Source: a virus
Taxonomy: Duplodnaviria; Caudoviricetes
Virus record (IMG/VR): IMGVR_UViG_3300031938_000005
Span: 1-54,257 of that record
Reading direction: 5' to 3' (one strand)
Length of the DNA stretch: 54,257 bases
The notes under the pieces are model-generated. The model was not told the DNA's origin. It saw only the letters and a program-made list of their open reading frames with translations, and ran no database searches. Shown here piece by piece: positions 9,209 to 17,600 of the stretch. The translations under genes were made by a program, and so were the position numbers. Every line of letters begins with the position of its first letter. Positions within the stretch are counted from its first letter, which is position 1.

Positions 9209-9601
9209 TCAGTTCTCCTTCTCGAAGTCGTCGAGAAACCAGACGGCCTCGATGTGTTCGTGCTCCCACGGCTTTTCCGTGACGGCGTAGTCGATCTTGT
9301 TGACGATGTGGTAGCCCGGGATGGCGTACCAGCTCTCGTCCTCCGGGTCTCCGGTCTCCACGATGGTCCACACACGGTGCTTCGGGATCTCGGCAGCCTT
9401 GACTTCTTGGAAGGTCCACGTCGGCTCCCCAGAGGGGGCGTCGATCGGCTTGTAGTTGAGGTCGAAGTCACGCTCTGACACCTTTATGAACTCCGGAAGC
9501 GTGTCCAGCGACGCACAGTGGGTGTCCCCACAGGTGCAATATGCTGAGCCATCCGGGTTGGCCCGTTGCTCATGACTGTCCCACTCGGGGTTAATGCTCA
9601 T
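9209..9601 (-). CDS. hypothetical protein
   Basis: MSINPEWD..., VWTIVE...PGYHIVNKIDYAVTEKPW. Confidence 0.7.
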   Translation of the reverse strand: MSINPEWDSHEQRANPDGSAYCTCGDTHCASLDTLPEFIKVSERDFDLNYKPIDAPSGEPTWTFQEVKAAEIPKHRVWTIVETGDPEDESWYAIPGYHIVNKIDYAVTEKPWEHEHIEAVWFLDDFEKEN

Positions 9602-9632
9602 TGCGGGATCTCTCCTTCTACTTTGGCGTGTA

Positions 9633-9818
9633 TCAGTTGATCGGGTTGTGGATAATGATCTCGGTCTCACTCAAGATCTCCACGTTGGCTGGGTCAATAT
9701 CGTGATCTTCCACGTACTTGACCAGCTCTTCGTTCACACCGTCCGGCCAGAACCGAACTTGAATGACGATTTCAAGAGCTGGTTTCTTCTTTTGAGCCAT
9801 GCTTGCCTCCTTGGACAA
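9633..9818 (-). CDS. hypothetical protein
   Basis: Short ORF with AAGGAGG RBS near the internal ATG. Confidence 0.55.
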   Translation of the reverse strand: MSKEASMAQKKKPALEIVIQVRFWPDGVNEELVKYVEDHDIDPANVEILSETEIIIHNPIN

Positions 9819-9831
9819 GATTTACGATGGC

Positions 9832-9867
9832 AAAAACTGAAAGCCCGTGGTTGGGCTCTCAGCTTTT
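9832..9867 (-). terminator. intrinsic terminator, same family as those in the 25.8-26.6 kb array
   Basis: AGCTGAGAGCCC-AACCAC-GGGCTTTCAGTTTTT. Confidence 0.8.
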
Positions 9868-10128
9868 CTACTTCTCGTGAAGCGCGATGACCTCGAAGTC
9901 GAAGTCGTCCATGATGCTTACAACGCTCTTGTTGTCGTAGTAACCGGTCTGAAGACGTCGCTGAATCGTGTTCGCCGCGTCAGTCAATATCTTGATCTCG
10001 CGAGCGGTCTGCTCATCGATCTCCTTAATTGACTTACGGTAGCGAATACGGCTCATGACGTAGTTCGTTCCGGTTGCTCCGATGACAAAGCCTGCAGCAG
10101 CAAGGGCGGTTAGGGTCTTCTTGTTCAT
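9868..10128 (-). CDS. small protein with N-terminal hydrophobic helix (cassette gene)
   Basis: 86 aa, GAAAGGA RBS, bracketed by promoter motif and terminator. Confidence 0.8.
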   Translation of the reverse strand: MNKKTLTALAAAGFVIGATGTNYVMSRIRYRKSIKEIDEQTAREIKILTDAANTIQRRLQTGYYDNKSVVSIMDDFDFEVIALHEK

Positions 10129-10150
10129 TGGTTCTTCCTTTCGTAGGGTC

Positions 10151-10177
10151 TCATTATGTGCCTTGTGATTCCTACGA
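10151..10177 (-). promoter_or_regulatory. phage promoter motif copy
   Basis: TCGTAGGAATCACAAGGCACATAATGA. Confidence 0.8.
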
Positions 10178-10182
10178 ACACA

Positions 10183-10342
10183 CTAGTAGGGGCCTTCTTT
10201 GAGCCTGCTTAGCCCGGGCATCCGTTGACTTTGGGTACCCCTACTAGGGCGATCCTACGCCTCTCCGTACACTGCCCGTACAGAAAGGATAACGCGGCAT
10301 CTAGTGATTTCTCAGCCACAGTCCCGTGGCTCACCTGGTCAT
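10183..10342 (-). ncRNA. structured non-coding RNA region; 5' part has TPP-riboswitch-like signatures
   Basis: No sizeable ORF; hairpins AGCCAC/GTGGCT, 11-bp CCTTTCTGTAC/GTACGGAGAGG, 10-bp CTAGTAGGGG/CCCCTACTAG; GGCTGAGAAAT and GCGTAGG strings. Confidence 0.5.
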
Positions 10343-10369
10343 TACGCACCTCCTCATTCAAATAAAGCG

Positions 10370-10464
10370 TGCACACGCCCGGACTTGAACCGGGACACCC
10401 TTGCAGAACCCTAGATCAGGGATTTACAAGCGAAGGAGCTCTGCCGTTTAAGACTTACGTGTGC
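10370..10464 (-). tRNA. atypical tRNA-like gene (95 nt) without a canonical anticodon arm
   Basis: Perfect acceptor stem GCACACG/CGTGTGC + A, perfect T arm CCCGG-TTCAAGT-CCGGG, D-like ...GGCAGAGC; central part folds as a long stem. Confidence 0.65.
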
Positions 10465-10470
10465 GACCTT

Positions 10471-10839
10471 TCAGAGTTCGATCCTCTTCGCGATTGTCTC
10501 CACGAGATCACTCATCTCGACGACGCGAAGCCGCTGGCGCTGGATCTCCTCTACGATGATGCTTCGCTTCTCCGGCTTTCCTGCAAGTTCATTTGATTCG
10601 TTGGTCGTAGCGTACTCGGGACCAAGAGCCGACTGAACCTTGTGGATAAGCTGCATGATGGATGCGTCCAGCGAATTGATCGCCCGATCGAGACGGCCGA
10701 ACTCGACACCCACAGGAGTCTCGGTAAGATCGCGCTCCATCTCCATCCCGATGTGATCCTGGTTGGATATCCGCATCGTCGAATGTAGATCCACGTTTCG
10801 CATCATCTTTGGGCCGTCGCTGATTCCAGAGGCGTCCAT
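10471..10839 (-). CDS. hypothetical coiled-coil protein
   Basis: 122-aa ORF, TAATG coupling. Confidence 0.7.
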   Translation of the reverse strand: MDASGISDGPKMMRNVDLHSTMRISNQDHIGMEMERDLTETPVGVEFGRLDRAINSLDASIMQLIHKVQSALGPEYATTNESNELAGKPEKRSIIVEEIQRQRLRVVEMSDLVETIAKRIEL

Positions 10840-11258
10840 TACTTCAGCCCAAGCATCTCGCGGGTGGACTTGACCTCATCCTCGTCAACCGGAAGAGGCT
10901 CGTCCGTGACACGAAGCTCCTGGGTGTCGGTGAACACGTTCAGGCTCTTCGGGTTCTGCGCAGCAGCTTCGGCCTCGGTGTAGACCTTCTGCTTCTCGAA
11001 CGACTGCTGGAAGGCGCGGTTGCTGTACTTCTTGAAGCCGCTGTCCGACTTCAGGACCCAGTCGCCGACAAACGCCTGCGTCTGGTTCTCGTTCATCGCT
11101 CGCTTGACGTCGATCTTGATGAACTTCTTGGGGCGACCGTTCTCGGTGGTGTTCTGGATTTCTCCGCCACACCACTCAGCGATTTCGGCCATGTTCTGCG
11201 GAGTGACACGAACGGCCTCCACGGTGAAGGACTTTCGCCCATAGATCTGCGTCTTCAA
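10839..11258 (-). CDS. hypothetical protein (VEAVR...VGDWV family)
   Basis: 139 aa, strong codon bias. Confidence 0.75.
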   Translation of the reverse strand: MKTQIYGRKSFTVEAVRVTPQNMAEIAEWCGGEIQNTTENGRPKKFIKIDVKRAMNENQTQAFVGDWVLKSDSGFKKYSNRAFQQSFEKQKVYTEAEAAAQNPKSLNVFTDTQELRVTDEPLPVDEDEVKSTREMLGLK

Positions 11259-11419
11259 CTTTTCCTCTTCTCTGAATTTGAGTTGCTTGGGTGGTGATAC
11301 ATCGAAAAATCCGTCTTACAAGATTTACAGATGCGAACCCCACCGCAGTTTGTACGGGGCCCAATATGCGTAGTCATAGGACTACCAGCAATATAGTGAC
11401 CGTGTCTGGTGTGCGCCAC
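11255..11419 (-). CDS. small Cys/His protein (54 aa)
   Basis: Manually read MAHTRHGHYIAG...CGGVRICKSCK. Confidence 0.55.
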   Translation of the reverse strand: MAHTRHGHYIAGSPMTTHIGPRTNCGGVRICKSCKTDFSMYHHPSNSNSEKRKS

Positions 11420-11422
11420 GGA

Positions 11423-11545
11423 TTAGTACTCCAGTTCCTCCGGATGCAGGTTCTCGATATGAGAACGCAGCATAGCTCTGGAGTCGCCAATCGAATCATG
11501 GCTGTCGATCTCAGCACCGCAGTGCGGACAACGAACGGACCACAT
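11423..11545 (-). CDS. small zinc-finger protein (40 aa)
   Basis: MWSVRCPHCG...HIENLH (C2H2-like). Confidence 0.6.
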   Translation of the reverse strand: MWSVRCPHCGAEIDSHDSIGDSRAMLRSHIENLHPEELEY

Positions 11546-11874
11546 TAGCGACCACTTCCTCCGCGTCGAAGCACATTGAAGGGTCCTCGAGGACCGAGAT
11601 CCTTGGCTTCCCAAGGCATCCCTGAGCCGATGCCGTACCAGGTTTCCCCAGACTTCTGGTAAACCTCGTCGTGCCATTCAGGGCCGGCGATAACGGTTCG
11701 ATCCGGAAGAGCATTTAGGATCTGAGAAATGCCTTCTGGTGTTGCATCGCCAAACACGTCGTAATGGCCCTTGAACTTCTCGAGAGACTCAACCGCTAGA
11801 ACTAGCCGATTGAGAATGCGCTTGGTTTCGGTACTGAGTGTGACTTCGATCTTTGGTGTTCCGTTAGCCATCAC
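11545..11874 (-). CDS. hypothetical protein
   Basis: 109-aa ORF with AAGGAAGG RBS. Confidence 0.65.
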   Translation of the reverse strand: MMANGTPKIEVTLSTETKRILNRLVLAVESLEKFKGHYDVFGDATPEGISQILNALPDRTVIAGPEWHDEVYQKSGETWYGIGSGMPWEAKDLGPRGPFNVLRRGGSGR

Positions 11875-11956
11875 TTTCCTTCCTTGTGACAGGCGCAGTT
11901 CTCACTACCGCACCTTTCGCCAGGGTGGATGAGATATGCGCAAGAGCAAAGTGCCA

Positions 11957-12367
11957 TTAGTCCTTTGCCTCCTGCACCAATCTCAATCTCGCGTGAGAGC
12001 GAGAGACATGCATTCGAGCTTCTCCGGAACGGAACGAATCCTCATTACCATTCTCAGAAATGAGGTAGTAGGTCTTCCCGCCATCATGCGAGAAAGCCTC
12101 TCCGTTTCGAATGTTCTGCCAGACACCATCCGGCGGAGACATCTCCGATCCATGGAAAAACCATTCCGCTGGGTCATCGGTAAGCGGGGTCAGATTTTGA
12201 TGCTGCAGAAGCTCCGTGACGATTGCGGTCATCACAGATGCTGAACCTCCTGAGTGCCCGTAAGCCGAGAACGCTTCCACCATCTTGACGACGGTGTTGC
12301 TGAACTCAGCGTCGGACTCACCAATGGCGGCCAGCTCCCTGCGCGCGTGGTCAACCAGATTGCTCAA
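11957..12367 (-). CDS. conserved hypothetical phage protein
   Basis: HARREL...FSAYGHSGGSA...LTPLT...WQNIR motif. Confidence 0.75.
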   Translation of the reverse strand: MSNLVDHARRELAAIGESDAEFSNTVVKMVEAFSAYGHSGGSASVMTAIVTELLQHQNLTPLTDDPAEWFFHGSEMSPPDGVWQNIRNGEAFSHDGGKTYYLISENGNEDSFRSGEARMHVSRSHARLRLVQEAKD

Positions 12368-12424
12368 TTTAATTGTACCCTTCAGTGTTGGTGCGGAATA
12401 TGGGGGAAGTATTGAGCTACTTGA

Positions 12425-12715
12425 TTAAACCTGCTTGTACACCCGGCTCAGGCCATCATCGCTGAAGGTGACGAACCGGTTGTAGGACTCGACCTTGTCG
12501 TACCGATTCACGATCCAGAGACCGGCATTGATGACCCTGATGAGGTCACGATCGCTCGAATACGACAGGATACGAATCTGATCCGTTCCGGGATGGTACA
12601 GAGCGGTGACCCCGCAGTCGTCAAACCACGAAATCACCGCCTCTGCGGACTGCACGCCACCCTCGAACTTGATCGCGTCGAAAGTTGCAGGCTTCTCTTC
12701 GAGCAGGATCTCCAT
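12425..12715 (-). CDS. hypothetical protein (paralogue of 10839..11258)
   Basis: MEILLEEKPATFDAIKF..., TGATG coupling. Confidence 0.7.
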   Translation of the reverse strand: MEILLEEKPATFDAIKFEGGVQSAEAVISWFDDCGVTALYHPGTDQIRILSYSSDRDLIRVINAGLWIVNRYDKVESYNRFVTFSDDGLSRVYKQV

Positions 12716-13305
12716 CAGGCGAAGCTCCCGTCTTCCTGCTCCTCGAGGGCGATCTCGTCGTCCATCGTGTCGTCGTGAGGCGTGGCTGCGATCTCCATGA
12801 CCGGAGCACCCGAGATATCGATCTCTTCGATGTCGGCGTACTTCCGCTCGAGCTCGTCCTGGGTGATGGTGATGAACAGCGACTTGAGGTAGGCCTTGAT
12901 GCCGCTCTTGCCGTTCACGTTCCACTGGTAGGGATTGAGGATGAGGTCGCACACCGCGATATCGGCGTAGTCGACCATCTCCACGAGCTCCTCGGGAAGC
13001 GTGACGCGCTTGGGGGTGTCGCCGCGGTACGTGATCATGACGATCGTCGGAGGACGGTTGCCGCCGTAGTTCACAGAAACGGGGATCCACGGAGTGGGGG
13101 CATCGCCCTCCTCACGAGGACGGAGGTACTTGATGTTCCAGCCCTCCTTCTCCATCTTGGCCGCCTCGTGCTCCTCCAGGACGAGACCGAAGTTGCGGTC
13201 ACCCTTTCGGTTGTACTGGCCCTCCTCGCCGGCGAAGTTCCGGAAGATGATTCGGGCGTTCTCCTTCATGAAGTTGCCGGGACGGGTTGAGACTTCGTTA
13301 CTCAT
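12715..13305 (-). CDS. single-stranded DNA-binding protein (phage OB-fold type)
   Basis: IFRNFAG...GDRNF...NPYQW...GIKAYLK plus acidic tail ending in an aromatic residue. Confidence 0.75.
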   Translation of the reverse strand: MSNEVSTRPGNFMKENARIIFRNFAGEEGQYNRKGDRNFGLVLEEHEAAKMEKEGWNIKYLRPREEGDAPTPWIPVSVNYGGNRPPTIVMITYRGDTPKRVTLPEELVEMVDYADIAVCDLILNPYQWNVNGKSGIKAYLKSLFITITQDELERKYADIEEIDISGAPVMEIAATPHDDTMDDEIALEEQEDGSFA

Positions 13306-13592
13306 GATTTGTCCTTCTTGTTGATGACCGGAACAGCTTCCGGAACTGGGCTAGGTGCGATGGAGAGAGCGTCGACAAAACCCGTTAGGATTCCATCGAT
13401 GAGTTCTTGAGGGAACTGTCCTGAATCGAGCTCGACGTTTATTACTTCGCCGTCTCGACTGATGTTCGCCTTACCGATGACGACCCCACCAGGCTTGTTC
13501 TTGACTGGGATATCGACACCAACGAATTTGTCGAAGACGCCTGGGGCGAACACGGTGTACTCGTCATCGTTCGGAGTCATTTGGTCTCCCAA
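13302..13592 (-). CDS. hypothetical protein
   Basis: 96-aa ORF. Confidence 0.6.
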   Translation of the reverse strand: MGDQMTPNDDEYTVFAPGVFDKFVGVDIPVKNKPGGVVIGKANISRDGEVINVELDSGQFPQELIDGILTGFVDALSIAPSPVPEAVPVINKKDKS

Positions 13593-13641
13593 ACGGGAGC
13601 ACCCGCAAAAAAGTTCTCGAGAAATCGAATGATCAAGTCCT

Positions 13642-13854
13642 TCATGCCTTCACCATCGAACGCATATCACGCGCGTTTCCTTCGCGCTGGAGACGAAGGG
13701 TCTCTTCGGCCTTGGCAAGCTTCTCGGCGTCCTTCTTCTTCTGACGCCTAGCACGGTCACGAGCCAGTGCCTGGAGCCCAACGCGACGGCTCTCCTCACG
13801 ATTTGCCGCCTGCTTGAGCTCGCCTGCTTCACGCTTCTGCTTCTTGGTTGCCAT
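13642..13854 (-). CDS. basic hypothetical protein
   Basis: MATKKQKREAG..., K/R-rich. Confidence 0.6.
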   Translation of the reverse strand: MATKKQKREAGELKQAANREESRRVGLQALARDRARRQKKKDAEKLAKAEETLRLQREGNARDMRSMVKA

Positions 13855-14299
13855 TTTGTTGCCCCTCACTTTGGTTGTCCGGCCAGATGTAGGGAAGGTC
13901 ATCTGGTACTCCGGGGAAATGTTTGCTGTAGTACTGCGGATCTTTCTTGATCAGGTTCGACTGGTGCGACCGATGAAATGCTTGATCGCCCAGCCACGGT
14001 GGCGGGTCCATGTCTGGAGCACCGCGGTAGATCCGGAAATAAACCTTGACGGTCTTGTCCCAGCAGGTGTCCTTGAATCCCAGGTCGTGAACCCAGGCTT
14101 CACAGACGGCCTTCTGATATTTCAGGAGCTGCCACTCATGGCCCCGCCACATCTTGATGGCCGGGTGATTGACCCATCCGCGCCCTTCGAGGAGGGCTGT
14201 CATGATTTGGAGGGTCTCCACCCGCTGCTTACCTAGCCGCCGGGGGTCAAGAACATACGCCGACTCCTCGAAGTCGGGGTACGGCAGGAAGGTTTGCAT
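13829..14299 (-). CDS. pyrimidine-dimer DNA glycosylase/endonuclease V-like (MSMEG_6728 family) protein
   Basis: MQTFLPYPDF..SA.VLD.RRLGKQRVE..Q...NHPAIKMW...HRSHQSNL..KDP.YY. Confidence 0.8.
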   Translation of the reverse strand: MQTFLPYPDFEESAYVLDPRRLGKQRVETLQIMTALLEGRGWVNHPAIKMWRGHEWQLLKYQKAVCEAWVHDLGFKDTCWDKTVKVYFRIYRGAPDMDPPPWLGDQAFHRSHQSNLIKKDPQYYSKHFPGVPDDLPYIWPDNQSEGQQNGNQEAEA

Positions 14300-14322
14300 G
14301 TCACCACCTCAGATATATAGGT

Positions 14323-14646
14323 CTATGTATGCCAGAAGTGGATCTCCCGGTACTCGTAGACGCTTTTGCCCACCGCAAGTGCGAGGGCTTGTTCTGCAGT
14401 AGCCCCTGGGGAATTCTGCCAGCCATCAAGTAACACGACCGCATCTGCGTCGTGAATAATGAACTTGCAGTAATCCTCAAAAGCGTTCTTCAGATGGAAC
14501 TTGCCGTCTGGGCTGTAAAGCTCTTCCCAGTCAGCGGGGTTGTAGACCTCGTGTTTGAGTTCCCGAAGAGTCTTTGCCGCCTCGCGGAACGCGGGGTAGT
14601 TCAACTCAGGGAGACCCGTCATGGGACCTGACAGATATAGCTTCAT
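14323..14646 (-). CDS. DUF4406 / nucleoside deoxyribosyltransferase-like protein
   Basis: YLSGPMTG..N.PAF...NPA...DAVVLL.GW..S.GA..E. Confidence 0.8.
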   Translation of the reverse strand: MKLYLSGPMTGLPELNYPAFREAAKTLRELKHEVYNPADWEELYSPDGKFHLKNAFEDYCKFIIHDADAVVLLDGWQNSPGATAEQALALAVGKSVYEYREIHFWHT

Positions 14647-17600
14647 CAGGGCGCCACAAACTTGTCGAAGTCACCGTACTTGGTGATTGCCTTGTACGCA
14701 TCGTCTCGAAGTCCCTCGAAATATGACTCGTCGATCTCGATGTCGCTGATCATCGTCTTGGCCACGTTGGCGTCGAGCCAGAAGAACCCCTTCGTGCCTG
14801 AAACGGCATACTGCTTGCCGTCGTGAACACGATATAGGATCCCACCGCCCGACTCCGGAGTGACCGGGACAAAGCGACCGATGCGTCCGACGAACTGGAA
14901 CCCTCGAATTCCGCGATCGGCCCACATAGGCTTCTGCACAGAATCGAAGTCGATGTAGATCGTACCCTTTGAGACCTGCTTGGTCTCACAGAGGTCGTCC
15001 CACGTCACTTCCTCGCCGGAGAACATCTTCTTGAACACATATGGGTGCTGGAATTGCGCACCGGTTGCGTCCCACTTGCCTACCAACTCGGGCTCATCAG
15101 CGTGCCATCCATACCGTGAGATATAGACAGCATCGTTGACTAGACAGAAGCGGTCATAAGTCGCCTCGTGCTCGAAGTCGTAGTCGTACTTGGCCCCGAT
15201 CTCGTTGACGAAATCGATGTCCTCCTGAGAGGGGTTGACCAACTTGATGGAGTCCGTCTTGATGTGGACGACCTCCATACCTCGTTCCTCACACAGATTC
15301 TTCAGCTCGATCATGAACAGAGCACCACGCTTGGCGACGATGTTGTCGATATTGCGCGGGTCCCTGAACGGGTTGTCGAACTTCGCACTCGTCAGACCGT
15401 AGACGATGTTGATTACGATCTTCAGAGCATACGAGAGCTCCTTCGCCGAGGAGGGGTCCTCGAGATATGGAGCAAGCCGGCCATCGAGCATGTGACGGGC
15501 AGCCTCGTAGTCCTTGTGCTTGATCGCCAGTCGCGCGTTGAGCAGGTCCGCGAAATTCTCAGTGTACGGACCAAACGCATTCAAAGCGATGATGGACGAA
15601 GGATGCATCGATGCGACGTCCAGCACAACGACGTTTTCGTACATGCCGGGCTTGGCATATACGTAACCGCCCTCGCTGGGGTCCTCTCCGCGGTACTTGC
15701 TCTTGCTGGACCAGCCATCCGGATCCGGATTTGCCGGCGAACGGAACTCGTTGTACTCGTAGCCCGGGAAAATGGTGCTCAGATCGGTGTAGACGAACTT
15801 CGACTGCGGGTTGCGGTCGTTGCCGAAAATGATCTTTGCTGTCTGCTTCTGTGTGGTGTCATTGACTGACAGACCACTCAGTTCGGCAAGGATCTGCCGC
15901 GCCGTGAAGTCAGCCTTTCGGGCCTTGTGCGTTGCCTCAGTCGCCAAGACGTCATTCCGGCAGTACTCACATACCTTCGGGATGAGAACATCCGGAACAG
16001 GCTCATCCCATGGAATATCGAGCTCCATGTGACGCAGACCAAGCTCGATCTCGAACTTCTTGAGGCTCTGCTTCTTGGATGAGTAGTCGTAGATATCGGC
16101 GAAGGAGAGACCGTAGGCCTCCCCGAACATCGATCCCACAGAGCCTTCGATGATCTTCTGGCTCAGCTTGTACAGCTGCTCGTTGTCGTACCCGAGATAT
16201 CGTGCGTACAAGATGTGGTTGTCGTACCGTCGGTTGTTGAATCCGATCAGCTTCATGCTGAACAGTGGCTCAACGTCCTGCGGAGACGGGTTGATCATCG
16301 TGACGATGCTCTCTTCAGGAGCATCCTCGAACTTCCAGCAGACCACGAACAGGTTCGGGTACACCTCGAGGTCGAAGAATACGTGCCTCGCATCCCGAAC
16401 TGCTCCGGGCTTGAAGAACGCATCGCCAGGCTGAGGCTCCGGCTTTGGAACCACGGTCTGATCAGTCGGCTCGCTCTTCCACTTCATCTGCTGCACGATC
16501 TTGAGGCACTGGACCGGCTGATTGGTGGAGTTGTTCGCAAACGCCATGATCTTCGGACGCATGTCGGTCACGTCATAAGGCATTCCTGAGTTGTACGCGT
16601 CGTCGAGGATCTTCTTCATGAAGTCGATAGAGACCTTAGTCCCTGGCATGATCTCCTTTCGGAGATTCTTCATGAGGAGCTCTCTTAGCCCCCTCTCCGA
16701 CTTCAGTTGCTTGTCTCCGAGCACTTTTTTCTTCTCCTTCACGGGAAGCCCGCTGTTGATATCGGCTACCGGCACATTGTTGCATTTGCTGAGCCGGCGG
16801 CGGAGCGAGGCATCTCCGAGGAGAGTCTTGACCTCGATTCCATCGGCATAGTTCTGAGACAACTCAGATATGTCGTCCATCCCTGTCCAGTTGTAGTGAA
16901 GGTGAACCCCATTACCACCTTGGCTTAGTTCAGCATAGGTAGCCGGCCACTCACTAGCCGCTGCGAGGTTCAACTCAAGAGATTTGTTACCGGTCTCGTC
17001 ACGAATATCGAAGTCAATGACGATGTGCTGCTCCGGAACCTTCACGTAGTGGAGTTGGCTTGTGTCGATCTCCGCAAGGGTAGTCTTCACGTTGGCCCAA
17101 CGCTGAGATGGAACGATGTTGTTGAACTCGTTCTCCCGGCCATACTGCGCCGGCATCTCTGCGTACTCCAAGTCGAACAAGGAAATATCCTCCTCCATAA
17201 CGAGCGAGAAGGTTGCGACGTCGTTCTCGGTCACAGGGGCCTTGAACTTATCTGCTATGAATCCGTCGTAATAGCTACGGATTGTTTGTCCTTCCACCGT
17301 ATGACGATCCTTGAACTCGCGGAAGTAGTTGCGCAGTTCCTCACGAGCCTTGTACATCGGAAGTACGCGGTCAATGCCCGTTTCCGAGCAGTATTCCTTG
17401 TACATCGTGTAGGCCTGCTTCAGGGAAATGCCATCCTGAGCCTTAAATATGTCATAGTTTGCCTCGATGAAGTTGAAGAACACATCAGTTTGGAACATCA
17501 TCTCCAACGGTTGGTACGCGTTGTAGTAGTTCTTCCCCATCTTCCGATAGGCCTCGAGGCACTGATGCGCGATAGCACCAAGCTCGAAATCGATCTGACT

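Noticed and set aside
10370-10464. Assigning a functional anticodon (Tyr GTA) to the tRNA-like gene
   Set aside because: The bases flanking TTGTAAA (TTCGC / TCCCT) cannot form an anticodon stem
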